The notes below the pieces were generated by a model, which did no database searches, was not told where the DNA came from, and saw nothing but the letters and a program-made list of their open reading frames with translations. Of a stretch of 64,000 nucleotides of DNA, positions 12,500 through 25,819 are shown in pieces (position 1 is the stretch's first letter; each line of letters opens with the position of its first letter). This DNA is from Octopus sinensis. Its lineage: Eukaryota. Position numbers and translations under genes: made by a program. The stretch spans positions 52,390,001 to 52,454,000 of the forward strand of contig NC_042999.1 of the NCBI RefSeq assembly GCF_006345805.1, given 5' to 3'.

Positions 12500-13570
12500 C
12501 TCTCAACGGCAACCAGGCCATTTGTCAACCGTATCTTTCTCTTGGTCAATGGTATGACTGTCTGTTAAAGAGTTCACGTTTGAGTTAAGGACTTCAAAAT
12601 CATCGAATTCCAGGCGAGAACACATCAAAATTTGCTTGATGAGGTTTCGATCCCACGCTTTAGTGTCGCCAATAACATTAACAAGTATCACTGAGTAAGG
12701 CTGCAAAATTCTTAAGTGTACTCTCTATAAGAGTAGTAGAGAACTTTTTCAAGAGCAGCTCAATTCACCTTTCATTAAAACTGAAATATTGAAATGCAAA
12801 AGCTCAAGAAATCCAGCTGTTGCAGGTGGTTAAGACATTACCAACTTCTATGGTAAAGTGATAGCTTTCAATGACCACCGCCCCATGGCACAAATCAAAG
12901 ACATTAAACGACACTTCCCTTCTAGAAGATAGCAGGAATGGAGTTCTGGTAAAACCTCTTTAAACTATTCTTAAAATATTCTAAACAGTATTCCCATCAT
13001 AGTGTATCCGTGGTAGGAATTCTGGGTTCGGTTAAATTTCATCTGAGATATTGAAGGAGAATAGGTTTTCTCTGAATAATATTGTCTTGCAGTACATCTG
13101 CAAAAATAAGAGATACACGTGTTTGCTTCAACAGTAACGGCATAACTTCCCTATCTGTTGTTAAGAAGATGTTAGTCAAACTATGCTCAAAATTCAGATT
13201 CAATTAATACCAATGAAACAACCCACCAGGTGCAAAATGCTGCTCTCGCAGGAAAAGTCGTCAGTATGGGATTAGTTAAAATCAGTTTTGACAGAAATTC
13301 AAGGAGTAGTATCAGAACCTTTCCATTTGTAGATTTATCAAGATGTTGGCATTATAAACAGGTTCTTTCTGAAACATAGTCACGGAACGTTTATTTGTCG
13401 CCCAAATTCTTTATTCTTTCTTCCAAATTCAAGAAAAGAAGGTTAATCCGAGTTAGTGTTGAAAAGAAAATATCTGAACTTTTCATGCCGAGCTAAACGA
13501 CCACATAAGAGGTCAAAGAATAATTGATGATCACTTGGAAGAGCGACAATATTAACCAGTCAAAAGTGGA
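12500..13570 (-). mobile_element. Heavily degraded retroelement-like coding remnant
   Basis: Shows coding-like composition and a LIFAD-like motif at about 13100-13115, with many stops. Confidence 0.35.
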
Positions 13571-13764
13571 ATATATTGCTACCGTTTGTTTATTAGGGGG
13601 CATCCCGCTTCTAGGAGTGTGGAAGATATGTGCTAGAAACAACTCGATATTACAAGGTAAAGCAAAGAAAGAGATGTTTACTTAGCGTTACATTGAACCC
13701 ATCCAAAATGCATGCATCTCGCCTGCGACTGAAATTGTATATGATGGGATTATGTATATTATTA

Positions 13765-13900
13765 TATAGAAGGCGTGCTGAAAAGTTCCTGGCTTTGCAT
13801 AAAGAAAAATACAGAAGGATCAGTTAATTATGATTTTATTCGACATATTCCCCTCCAAAATTCACATACTTATTGCAGCGGTCGTTCAGGTTTTCTAAGC
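13765..13900. mobile_element. Mariner-derived terminal fragment
   Basis: tagaaggcgtgctgaaaagttcctggc resembles a mariner TIR. Confidence 0.5.
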
Positions 13901-14024
13901 CCTATGAACCAAGTCGGAAATTTGGGCCCCCAACTAGGCCTTTCGCGATATCCTTAAAGCCAAGAGCTTTTGCAGCACTCCATCGTTTAAACGAAGTTTG
14001 TATAACACTACTACTACTACTTAC

Positions 14025-14228
14025 TCCTGACATGATTACTCGTTCGATATCATCAAAAACGTCTTTCCAGGGATGTGCATATTCAGGAGCTTTATCTGTA
14101 ATCATAATTCTCAAGAAGCCGGGTGCACACACAGGTAAAACCTTTCTGCTTCGAATATTATGAAAATAATCAACTATATATTTAGCTAATTCTACAGCGG
14201 CAGCCTCGAAGTCTTCAGCATTTTCCAT
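14025..14228 (-). CDS. Gene A (aromatic amino-acid decarboxylase-like), first coding exon, 204 bp: MENAEDFEAAAVELAKYIVDYFHNIRSRKVLPVCAPGFLRIMITDKAPEYAHPWKDVFDDIERVIMSG
   Basis: Aligns by eye to the DDC N-terminus (MNASEFRRRGKEMVDY...VEPGYLR...IIMPG). The ATG is in a GGCATGG context, the donor is GGA|gtaagt, and the intron is phase 0 at the same position as in human DDC. A possible acceptor (tttaag) 20 nt upstream suggests a non-coding first exon. Confidence 0.93.
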
Positions 14229-14735
14229 GCCGTTTTTTCAGATGAAGACTTAAATAAATAAATAAATAAATATTAGATTTGGTTAGATTATTGCTTTATT
14301 GGCATGTCTTTTTTGCTCAAATAGTTAATTACGTAATAATACATCATTATTTAATTACGTAAGCTATTTCTATTGCATAAATATCATTATTTAGTTACGT
14401 AACAATCCGCTACTGAAGTTTCAGGCTAAATCTGTTAACCTCTATAATAAAACTGGTCTTCTTTGGATACGAAAAGATTTCGCTTGTTCACGGGGAAATG
14501 CTGACATCTTTGTTGATTACAAACAGTTATATACTTAATAAAAATGACTGGGATTTTGAGTAGAATCCTTGAACAGATTTATAAAGACAATATCGTCCGC
14601 ATTGTCAAAAATTATTTTCAACATAATATTTTAGATGTATTTCATTACAAAAGGGTGTTTGTAATGTTCTGTCTGGTGCGAAGTATGCAATGGTAATAAT
14701 TTTTATCTCTCGGATTATTAATTTTACGAGTTTGT

Positions 14736-14781
<46 letters not shown>

Positions 14782-15289
14782 CATATATATAAAGTACCTA
14801 TATTTATTTCGATACTATCTATCATGAGCCTTGAATATGATTATATGAAATAAACATGATCGGTATGTTGTATTTTACATACACTTTAACACATCTTTCA
14901 GACGTGCGCAAACATTACTATATTTCTAAGAAATTTATCTCTTAATCCGGATTGTCTATTCTTCTAGCAACATTATCACATTGCTGCCAGGAGGGCAGCA
15001 TTGTAACGACAATTGTTGAATTGTTGAAACATGAGTAATATTATCTTCAACAGGAATAATGTTATGATCGGTATTTTCTAAGTTAAATGACTTCACTGTT
15101 GCTGTCGATATTTGTTAGAGAAGTTTTAGCTATGACCTGATCAATCATTGTAAAGGCACAATATTTGTGGCTCTCTCGAGAAAACATCTGCCAACATATT
15201 ACAATTTCTGTCCTCAGCTGAGCTTAGTGCTGCCCTCTCTCTCTCTCACTCTCTTCTCTCTCCTCTCTTCTCTCTCTCTCTCTCTCTCC

Positions 15290-16620
15290 AGTAAATTACG
15301 TATTTGAAACATATATATTTATCAAAATATACCCCATCATATTTTTTTGTCTGCTGCCATCGTTGTGCAAGGGGCTCAATCCCACGCTTACACCATTTGG
15401 CTACTTTTGAGGTTAAAAACTCCCTGCGCCCGTTTTCAACTTCATCTACACTGCCGAACCTCCGTCCGTGCGGAAATTGAGCTCCGGGAATGATGGTAAT
15501 CTGATAGTGCAAGGTCTGGACTGTGGTCAGCATCAGATAGCACTAATAGCCTTACAAGTTCTTCAAATTTGTGCTTGGTCAAATTGGCAGTGCGTGCTGC
15601 GACAGTCATACTGTAAAAGTGCGTGTCTTCGACTGGCCATTTCCTGCTAGCGGGCTTTCAGAGTATCATACACTCACTGCAGTTACTGAGCATAAAGGTT
15701 AGCGTTCACAGCATGCCCCTTTGGGACATACTCAAAGTGCAATACCCACTCGAATTCCACCAAACACAGAACAAGACCTTCTGTTCAAAGCGCCTTTGTT
15801 TGACAACAGGTTCTGAAGCCTGGTCGGAACAAAGTCACTGATTTCTCTTGTTAGGATTACAGAAGTTGATTCATTTTTCATCTTATGTTACAATTCAAAA
15901 CCAAGAACCGGTATATCGAGGGTTTGCCAGAAGCTGTTAGCAAGATCCATTTTTCATCTTCTGTTACAATTCAAAACCAAAAACCGGTATATCGAGGGTT
16001 TGCCAGAAGCTGTTAGCAAGATCCATTTTTCATCTGCTGTTACAATTCAAAACCAAAAACCGGTATATCGAGGGTTTACCAGAAGCTGTTAGCAAGATCC
16101 ATTTTTCATCTTCTGTTACAATTCAAAACCAAGAACCGGTATTTCGAGGGTTTGCCAGAAGCTGTTAGCAAATGTTCACGCATCATTGAGACTGGTCATT
16201 CGTCAGTTGATAAGGAGCTTCTTGACACCATCTGTTCGCAAGGCCGTATCCGCTGGTGGAGCTTTGTAAATGATCAGGTCCTGCTTACAATGTACGAATG
16301 CTTGTTCTTGGATGCTGTTCAACCATTTCAAGCAAGGACTCATCTTCTGCAAAAAAGATGACTTTTTAAAGTTTATCTTCGAGGCTGATGTCACCTTCCC
16401 TGAAAACTCTGAAACTCTTGAAACTGTTGACAGTTCCTGGATCTTCCACGTCATTACTTTCTTTTATTGCTTGCCCTTGCACAAAGTCCGCTTTTCCACA
16501 GGAAGCGTAAAATGGCTCTAATTGCAAATGTTTCCACCACTGATTATCAGAGCTGTAAAAAAAAAAACAAATAACAATTAACGTTTGTATGTTATTTAGT
16601 GAATCAAAGAATAAACAATT
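15290..16620 (-). mobile_element. Degraded mariner (Tc1/mariner) transposase
   Basis: Contains HSPDLALSDYH (the YSPDLAPSDY motif, about 15490-15520), the C-terminal GIEPLAQRW...DGVYF and the N-terminal FREGDISLEDK, with frameshifts. Confidence 0.85.
15870..16171. repeat. 76-bp tandem repeat, about 4 copies, inside the mariner remnant
   Basis: tgttacaattcaaaacca starts at 15886, 15962, 16038 and 16114. Confidence 0.95.
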
Positions 16621-16763
16621 CAGCAACGAATGAACAAGTTGTATCGCATTAATGATTTATCATGGAGATACCAGCTGCCACAAATCGTAGAAAATTCCAA
16701 AAAAGACTTTTGAGTCAACCTAGCACAAACACACACACTTACACGCACACATACATACATATG

Positions 16764-16814
<51 letters not shown>

Positions 16815-16822
<8 letters not shown>

Positions 16823-18098
16823 TTGTGTGAAAACGTTCCATGATTAGGTTTAATAAAAAGTAACTTATCTAGGTTTTATCATCATCTTCTTCGAAATAGT
16901 CACCTTGCGTAGCAATAGACTGGTCCCAGCGCTCCCGTCACATTTATATTCAGGCCTGGCAGTCATTTTCCGTAAGCGGGTCGAGAACCTTCTGCGATTC
17001 GCTCTAGATCTCGACAACGGTGTTAAAGCGGTGACTTTTGAGCAATATTTTCATCTTAGGGAAGAGATGGAAGTCGCAGATGCTAAATCTGGCGAATAGA
17101 GCAGGTGCAGAAGCAATACCATGTTGCTTTTGGCGAGAAACTCACGAGTGGTGAGAGCTCGGTGACAGAGTGCCTTGTTGGCGTGAAGAATCAGTCACTT
17201 TCGCCGAATGTCATCTCTCAAATACTTCAAAATGTCGCAGATTGACGGTTTGGCCCCGGGGGACCGAATTCTCGAGGCACCATATGGCGGATGTCGAAAT
17301 AAAGATATGCATGCTCTTGAATGAGATGCGGCTCTGTCATTGCATTCGTCGGTCGTGGAAATGAAGGCCTCTTCCATTGTGGTGATGCTGCTTCGTTTCA
17401 CAATCGCACCCGTAGACCAAACTCTCGTCACCAGTGATGACCATCGACATGAGGGAGAGCTTATCAACAGCACACTGACGCAGATCTCGACAGACTTTGA
17501 CGCGATGTTCTTTCTGCTCAATGTTCAGTAGGTGGGGGACAATCTTGGCAGGGACACGCCGCATGTTTAATTCAGACGTTAGGATTGCCTGCATAGACCC
17601 ACACTACGGTCTAACAAAATCAGCATTGTCGTTGATTGTCATACGACGATCCTCATGCATTTTAGCTAATGAATTTTCTCCGCATTTCCTGGTTAAATGC
17701 TCGTAGCATGTCTTTCAGATCACTCAAATTCTTCCAAGCTTGTTATTTCGCATCTGAAGCGCCCGTGCCTCTCAAAACATGGCGTATGACCCACTGACTC
17801 GTCGTCGTCCGCTTGCCGAAGCATACTTAATGTCAGTATACCAGACTTCCCAAGTTTAACGCAAAATTTCACTTTGGCTCTTTGTTCCAATTTCCTATCC
17901 ATGACAAACTCGCAGACTACAACATACACGTAATCACAAACATACAAATTTGAAAACTTGCGAAGTAAACACAGCGGTGTTACTCGGCACACGTCCTTAT
18001 GAGGATCACTGCTAGCTCTCACTGCGCACGCAACTGTGTGTTGCCATCTGTTGGCGCGCTAAGGAACTAGTCCCGGTGTATTTTGACACTATTTCATA
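16815..18098 (-). mobile_element. Near full-length degraded mariner element (about 1.28 kb) with eroded TIRs
   Basis: Encodes MDRKLEQRAKVKFCVKLGKS (HTH), AKIVPHLL...EQKEHRV and VITGDES. Confidence 0.88.
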
Positions 18099-18169
18099 CA
18101 CACACACACACTATATAATATAATATATATATGCATGCATATATACGTACATGTATGTATATATGTATG

Positions 18170-18228
<59 letters not shown>

Positions 18229-18289
18229 CTATATATATGCATAGATATTTGTATGTATACATTTATACATACATACATACATACATATA

Positions 18290-18905
18290 TCCTCATTTGT
18301 GCGGTCACACCTCGAATACTGCTGTCCCCTGTGGTCTCCGCATACAAAAGAAAAACATCTCGAAAACTGAATCGCCCCAGAGGGTGAGTATTCACTAAAC
18401 GAATTAAGAGCATGACTGCTCTCGATTACTGGGACCACCTTAAAGCATTGAAACTCTATCTCCAGTGCCGCCGCGAGCAGTACATCATTTGCGCAATGTA
18501 GAGAATATGCCGCCAGCATTGCCCAAACGACCTGAACATTAGCTTCACAGTTCATCCAAGGCTGGGACCACGGGCCATACGTCCCCTGCCCAATGCAGGA
18601 TTACAATACATAAATGCACTGCAACACAATTTCTTTTCCTCAACAGGCCCTTCCCTATTTAACATTGTCCTCAAACAGATCAAAGAGGAAAAGGATCCCA
18701 TCACCTTTAAACGGAATCTGGACTAATTTCTTTAAGGAATACCAGATAAGCCACCTATACCTGGATTCAACTCAGTCAACAAGAACTCCCTACTCGTGTG
18801 GACCATGATGCCACAAAGCTTGACTTGAAACTGATTTAGATAATCCTATTAGGTGGTGCTATTAAGTTAGACATGGCCTGGACCAATCTTTGGTCGAAAC
18901 ATATC
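18290..18905 (+). mobile_element. 3' fragment of a CR1/L2-group LINE, same family as 58280-62055
   Basis: Encodes [14 protein letters not shown]. The 3' end ggtggtgctattaagttagacatggcctg is shared with about 62010. Confidence 0.85.
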
Positions 18906-18920
18906 TAAGATTATATAAGT

Positions 18921-18976
<56 letters not shown>

Positions 18977-19194
18977 TAACGGATAGATAAGTAGATAGAT
19001 AGATAGATAGAAACATAGATATAGATATGTAGATATGTTTGTTTATAAGTATGTCTACATATATTCGCGTATACGTTTGTGCGTTGGTGTGTATGTGTAT
19101 ATATATATTATATATATATATATATAAATTACTTTACTCTGCAATGTATTGAGTACCTTATTTACTGTGGTTAACCCCGACTCAACCCGGGACC

Positions 19195-19255
<61 letters not shown>

Positions 19256-19864
19256 GTATACATACAAACATACAAACATACACACATACACACAAATACA
19301 TATGTGTGTGTATGTATATGTATATACCCCCCATACACACACAGACAGGTATATGTATGTATGCATAAATTGTTTGAAGTGGTGAACACGTTTTATATGT
19401 ATTGAGGGAAAGAAGGCAGTTACGATTTACATTATCTATTTCTATGCATAATTCAAGATGTTTATTGCTCTTTCCTTGGCAGCAGTGAGCAATAAACACT
19501 TGAAATATAGATATAAACAATCCAAATGCTGACTACCTCCTTTTTCTAAATACAACCTGAAGGTTAAGGTGTTATACTCACGATCAGCAGATTGTGGGTT
19601 TGATTACCAGATCAGGCGGCGTGTTGTCTACTTCATTATTGCTCCTGTGCATTCAACTATGACTGGGTGACCCTGCGATGGACCAGCCTTCCGGTCAAGG
19701 GGCATGTTGGCATGCTTGCTTAGCCATCAGGATGGTATGGTTTGAAAACTAAAACTGCGCAAAGCGCATTGTGATCAGCAATGTGTAACAACATTCGATA
19801 TATATCACAGACTCACATGATATATATGTATATACATGTATACATACACACATACATGTGTGCG

Positions 19865-19984
19865 TATATAATATTTGTACGTCTGTAATAAAACCGCTAA
19901 GTTACGGGGACGTAAAGGCACGAGCATCGCTTGTCAAGCGATGCTGGAGATACACACACACACAACACACACAAAAAACACAGA

Positions 19985-20038
<54 letters not shown>

Positions 20039-20200
20039 CGACGGGTTTCTTCCAGTTTCCATCTACCAAATGCTCTCACAAGGCTTTGGTCGGCCCGAGG
20101 CTATAGTAGAAGACACTTGCCCGAGGTGCCACGCAGTGGGTCAGAACCCGAAACCATGTGGTTGGTAAGCAAGCTACTTACCATACAGCCACTCCTGTGC
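19865..20200 (-). mobile_element. SINE family A
   Basis: Reverse complement of the copy at 5821. Confidence 0.85.
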
Positions 20201-20890
20201 TTATATATATATATATAATTTAAAATACACATTAAGTACAAGACATCACAAGTGAGTGAAATACGTAAACACACAGAGATATGAACTGAACAAAATACCA
20301 AAGGAACTCCTCCTCAGTTGTCGATTGCTTATTGCTACTGTTTCGAGCTTTCAATGACAAGACAAGAAAACTTCATAAGATAGCAGCATCCAGAAATTTT
20401 TAAAATATAAAATTCATGGAGTGTTAGGCCTTCGAACGAACAAACAATACCAGAGTGGACGAACAGATTAAGCAATCAGCGAAGACAGACTTTAAGGGCC
20501 GTTAGGCCAAGAGGAACTGCAATGGGTAACGCCTGGGAGAAAGTTTGAAAGGATATAGAATAAATAGAAGAGAAAAAATATCGAGAGGCGAGTGAAATGA
20601 TGTCCAGCCAGTGGATATCCCATCCAAAAAGAAAGAGAGATGGGGAAAATGGCTTTTAATCACGTGTGACCAACAGGCAGAAGGGAAGGGGAACAAGAGA
20701 GGAGAGGAAGGAAAGAAACGTAGTGAGTGAAGAGAAAGGAGAAGGAAAGATAGATAGACAAGGGACAACGAAGACGTAGGGGGAGAAAAGAAATAAAGGA
20801 GATTACAGAGGGATAGAGAGAAAGAAAGAAAATAAGCAGAGAACTGAGTCGCAGAAATTATATACATATATGTAAAATCTTTTTGTTCAT

Positions 20891-21145
20891 AAAGGTTGCG
20901 TGGCGTTCAATTATAAATAATAAAAAATACACATTAAGTACAGGACATCACAAACGAGAGAAAAATACGTAAATACACGACAGATAAGTACAGGACAAAT
21001 ACAAAAAAAATACACATTAAGTACAGGATACCACCGACGAGTGAAAAATACTGTTTACGTATTTTTCACTCGTCGGTGATATCCTTTACTTAATGTGTAT
21101 TTTTAATTATTTATAATTGAAAGCCATGCAACCTTTGTCAACAGT
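20891..21145. repeat. Fold-back inverted repeat immediately downstream of the gene B 3' end
   Basis: aaaggttgcgtggcgttcaattataaata... pairs with ...tatttataattgaaagccatgcaaccttt. An internal hairpin lies at 21008-21108. Confidence 0.8.
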
Positions 21146-21159
21146 ATATATATATATAA

Positions 21160-21196
<37 letters not shown>

Positions 21197-21237
21197 TATA
21201 TTATATTATATTATATTATATTATATATATATATAAT

Positions 21238-21243
21238 TTTATT
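21238..21243 (-). terminator. Candidate polyadenylation signal (AATAAA) of gene B
   Basis: AATAAA on the minus strand 39 nt after the homologous stop codon. The region is AT-rich, so a chance match is possible. Confidence 0.45.
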
Positions 21244-21281
21244 CGCATATCTAATTTTGATGTTAAAAAACATGGCATCAG

Positions 21282-21501
21282 TCAAAGAGATTTGGAGCGT
21301 TCTAGCTTGGGAATAAGTAACACTGAATTCGCCAGTTTGCAAATAACGTCATAGCAATTCTGTAAATCTTCAGGTTCCGAGTGATATGAGCTGACAACAA
21401 ATCGAAAGGAAGAGTTTATCATCAATTTTGAAAGACAGCATATGAAGTTCATTGTTCAAATGTATTAATTTGAGTAACCTTTTGTTGTATTCATTGCTTC
21501 C
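21282..21501 (-). CDS. Gene B last exon: GSNEYNKRLLKLIHLNNELHMLSFKIDDKLFL / +1 frameshift / RFVVSSYHSEPEDLQNCYDVICKLANSVLLIPKLERSKSL*
   Basis: Acceptor aacag|. Homologous to GSNKVNEALL...VLRFAIC. An extra T at 21405-21407 (CTT TCG instead of CTT CGA) gives an early TGA at 21372-21370. The homologous stop is at 21284-21282. Confidence 0.88.
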
Positions 21502-22185
21502 CTGTTAAATAATAAATACAGCAGTAATTAGTAGACGTCGATAAATAAATTGATACTAAGTGTTAATACAAAGAAATAGTAATCATTATTTGCAGTAGGA
21601 CTATGTCGTATATTTGAGTAAGCACCGACACGTAGGTAACAGGTTCAGTTACCTGTTTTCTATGGTACCATTATAAGTCACCATAATCACAACATTCTCA
21701 TAGAATAAAACTCCTGTTTGTTGTAGGGTTTCTCATTTACATTGAAAGAAATGAAGCAACGTAAAGTGAAGTGTTTTTTCTCAATAACACAATGCACCAT
21801 GTGGTCCGGGAATAGAAACCGTGCCCTTATGATTGTGAGTATATCATTCTATCTCTAGACATCGGGCCTACACCATCCATTTGAGAGGTTCGTAATTTCA
21901 TTAAATCTATGTCTTTATTAAATGTTGCCAATACATCGAAGCAAGAAACACGAATGGCAAAGATCTAACTTCCGAGTTCTGAAAAGAAATTTTTTGTCGG
22001 AGCTTGTACTCAACTAAAGAGAAGCAAATAAATGCGTTTAATTTTAGAAACTATATCAGAACCTAAAATTATATAAATCGTGGGGCTACTGACAAGGATC
22101 ACCAGCAGCAACTGTAGTGGAGGCGCAATGGCCCAGTGGTTAGGCCAGTGGTAGAGTGGTAGGCCAGTGGTAGAGTGGTAGGCCA

Positions 22186-23090
22186 GTGGTAGAGTGGCTG
22201 CAGCAGGAAGCAGCAAGACAATCTTGGGAGGAGGTATCCAGGTCCAGCCCTGAAACTAAGAGCTATGGGGGCCAGTGGGACTTTCTTCATCTGAATGATC
22301 GACTACCTGAGAGGCGCTGGGAGACACCCGACGGCCTTAATAAGTATTGGCAGTTGGTGATACCCAAGAAGATGAGACCTGACCTGCTGGAAGAAGCTCA
22401 CAACCAAATTACAAGTGGACATCTGGGATAAAGAAAACGTTGAATCGGCTGCGGCACAGATTCTATTGAAGGGGCATGCGTCAGGACGTCCAAGAATGGT
22501 GTCGATCTTGTGATGTATGCTGCGCCAAGAAGGGACCGAGGAAGTGTGGGTGTGCCTCTCTGCAGTTATAACAGGTGGGTGTGCCCATGGAAAGGGTAGC
22601 CGTGGATATTGCTGGACCGTTGCCACTCACGGAAAGAGGAAATAGGTACATATGTGTGACCATGGACTACTTCACAAAGTGGCCTATGCCATCCGTGAAC
22701 AGGAAGCCACATATGTTGCGCAAGTGTTAGTAAATCAGTTCTTCTGTCGGTTCGGGGTGCCCCAGAAGTTGCATTCCGATCAAGGTAGGAACTTTGTATC
22801 AGCTGTGTTCCAGGAGTGCTGTAAGCTGTTGGGATTAAGAAGACCAGAACAACCCCAATGAGACCACAGTCGGACGAGATGGTAGAAAGGTTTAACTGGA
22901 CACTAGAACAAGAACTAGCCAAATATTGTATAGAAGGACAGATGGAATGGGATTTGAAGTTACCTTCGTTATTGCTCGCTTATCGTTCGGCTGCAATGTT
23001 GGTCTCCCGGTTGATCTGTTGATGGGAAGACTACCAGGGGAGGAGAGAAACCGCCAGCTATGTGAAACAGCTGCAAGAGAGGCTTTCGGG
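22186..23090 (+). mobile_element. Gypsy/Ty3 integrase remnant (H2C2 zinc domain and rve core)
   Basis: Encodes LVIP...HNQITSGHLG, C..C, ERVAVDIAGPLP...GNRY...MDYFTK and FGVPQKLHSDQGRNF, with stops and frameshifts. Confidence 0.92.
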
Positions 23091-25035
23091 TGAAGTGATG
23101 AAGCGTCGACCTTTATTTTGCATCAACAATTTTTTGCCTAGAGATTTCATTGCCTATTTTTCCTATATTTTTAAAAACATTTTTGGCCTACATTGTTTTA
23201 TTACCTATTTTTGGCCTATATTTTGTATCAACTCATTTTCGCCTATATTTTCTCAACTATATTTTGCCTTACTTCTCAACTGCATTTTGCCTATAGTTTT
23301 GTTATTTTTTGCCATTTCATAAAACAATATAGGCAAAATAACCAAATAGCAAACATATTTGATAAAAAATATAGAGCTAAAAATATAAGGAAAGAAAATA
23401 TAAGTCTATAAAATATAGGCGAAAAATTCATGAAACAATATACACAAAAATAGTTGATAAAAATGTAGGCAAATATATATTATATTGGCAAAGTCCAGTT
23501 CCTATATAGGCTAAAACCATAAGCAAAAACTATATGCTAAAAGCTATTGGCAACACTATCGGCAAAAATCTATAAGTAAGAAAGTGTTCACACTTGAAAA
23601 AATATACAGGCAAAAATATAGGCTGAAAACTATAAGGAAGAAAAGTTCACTTTTAATAATATGAATAACTATAGATAAGTACAGGGGTAAGTGTTTTTCG
23701 TCCTTGTGCCTATAGTTGTGAGTAAAAATTATTTTCCAGTTCTTGTGCCTATGTTTATGAGGATAAGTGCTTGTTTTAGTCAATGAGGTTATAATTGTGA
23801 AGATAAGTGTTTTTTTATTTGTTTTTGAGGATAAGTGTATTTTAGTCCTTGTGCCTATACTTGTTAGATTACCTGTTTTTAGCCCTTGTGCCTATAGTTG
23901 TGAGCATAAGTGTTTTTCAGTTTTTCAGTTTTTCATGAACTATTTTATATATATATATATATATTGTTTTATGAAATGGCAGAAAATGTAGTTGAGAAGT
24001 AGGCAAACAATAGTTGAGAAAATATGTGGGCAAAATATAGTTGAAAAAAATACAGGCGAAAAAGAGTAGATAAATATATAGGCAAACAATAGTTGAGAAA
24101 AGATGTAGGCAAAATATAGGCGAAAATCAGTAAATAAAAAATATAGGCAAAAATAGTTGATAAAACAATGTAGGCCAGAAATGTTTTAAAAAATATAGGA
24201 AAAAATAGGCAATGAAAAATCTAGGTAAAAATTGTTGATACAAAATAAAGGTCGACGCTTCATCACTTCACGCGAAAACTTCAGAACCTCTTTAACTTGG
24301 TGTACTTTTCGGCACAACTATAGGAACAAGGAGTAAAAAACACTTATCCTCATAACTATAGGCACAAGGACAAGAAACACTTATCCTCACAGCTATAGCA
24401 ACAATGACGAAAAAACACTTATCCGCACAACCATAGGCACAAAGTCCTAAAAGCACTTATCCTCACAACCTTAGGCACAAGGTGTAAAAACACTTATCCG
24501 CGAAACTATAGGCTCAAAAACTGAGAATTCTTATCGTCACAACTATAGGGACAAGCACTAAAAACACTTATCCTCACAACTATAGGCACAAGGACTGCAA
24601 ATCACTTATCCTCATAACTATAGGTAGAAAGACTAAAAACACTTAATTTAACAAGTATAGGCACAGCGACAACAAAACGTCTTATCCTCACAACTATTGG
24701 CAGAAGGACTAAAAAAACACTTATCCTCACGACTTTAGGCACAAGGCACAAGGACCAAAACACTTAACCTAAGAAGTATAGGCAAAAGAACTGAAAAGTA
24801 CTTATCCTCACAACTATAGGCACAAGGACTAAAATCACCTTAGCTAACTAGTATAGGTACAAGGACTAAAATACACTTATCCTAACAAGTAAAGGCACAA
24901 GGACTAAAAACACGTTAACTAACAAGTATAGGCACAAAGACTAAAATACACTTATCCTCACAATTATAGGCAAAATGACTGAATACAAACTTATCCTCCC
25001 AACTATAGACACAAAGACTAAAAAATACACTTATC
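23090..25035. repeat. Fold-back element with ctataggc sub-repeats and a tandem array of about 38 bp; related copies at about 25630-25780 and 31300-32455
   Basis: Inverted ends tgaagtgatgaagcgtcgacctttattttg (about 23090) and caaaataaaggtcgacgcttcatcacttca (about 24241). About 18 degenerate units of ctataggcacaaggactaaaaacacttatcctcacaa lie at 24310-25035. Confidence 0.85.
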
Positions 25036-25819
25036 CACTGCTGACCTAAAGGATGCGAGGAGTCCTTTGTCTCTATGACTGACCTCCCCACCATCTACCG
25101 AATCTATTTATAGACCTGTAGAATATGATCTAATCACCAAACTGCTACCATCTTCTCTCTAAAACAATGGTGGTGGTGGTGATGGTAATAATGATAAAAA
25201 TAAAAATAATAATACTATGCTGCAGCTGCTAATGCTAAATACTACTAACACTACATTAACACTACAACTACTACTATTATGATAGCACAGAAATCTGAGG
25301 CACTCTACCACTCTTACCATAACCACCACCCACACCACTGCTGCTGTTGCTACAACTACTGCTGTTACTACAAATAAAAACAATAATACCAGTGATATCA
25401 GTGATGATGATAATAATAATAATACTGAAAGGAAACTGGTGGAATCTCCTTATGGGCTAATAATGATTCATCTAGTGATGGTGTCACAATAAAAACGCTG
25501 GTAATTACGCAACCGGATAATCGCTACTTCATATGAGTGACAATGAAAAAACAAAATATTGTGAATAACGGTAGAAATGAAAATGAAGCCAATGGTGGCA
25601 GTTTTACACCCGGTAGGCTTCAATCTCTATAGCCAAGCTATAGGCAAAATTATAGGCTAAAACTATCGGCAGAACTATAGGCTAAAAGCTATACGCAAAC
25701 TATAGCTTAAACTATAGGCTGCATTTACTATACGCAAGCTATAGGCTAAAACTATAGACAGAACAATAGGCTATTTTTTAGCCTACTTTTTATCAGCTAT
25801 ATTGTTTTATGATATAATA

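Noticed and set aside
24310-25035. Array of about 38 bp as a CRISPR
   Set aside because: The units are contiguous and degenerate with no unique spacers, there are no cas genes, and the context is eukaryotic.
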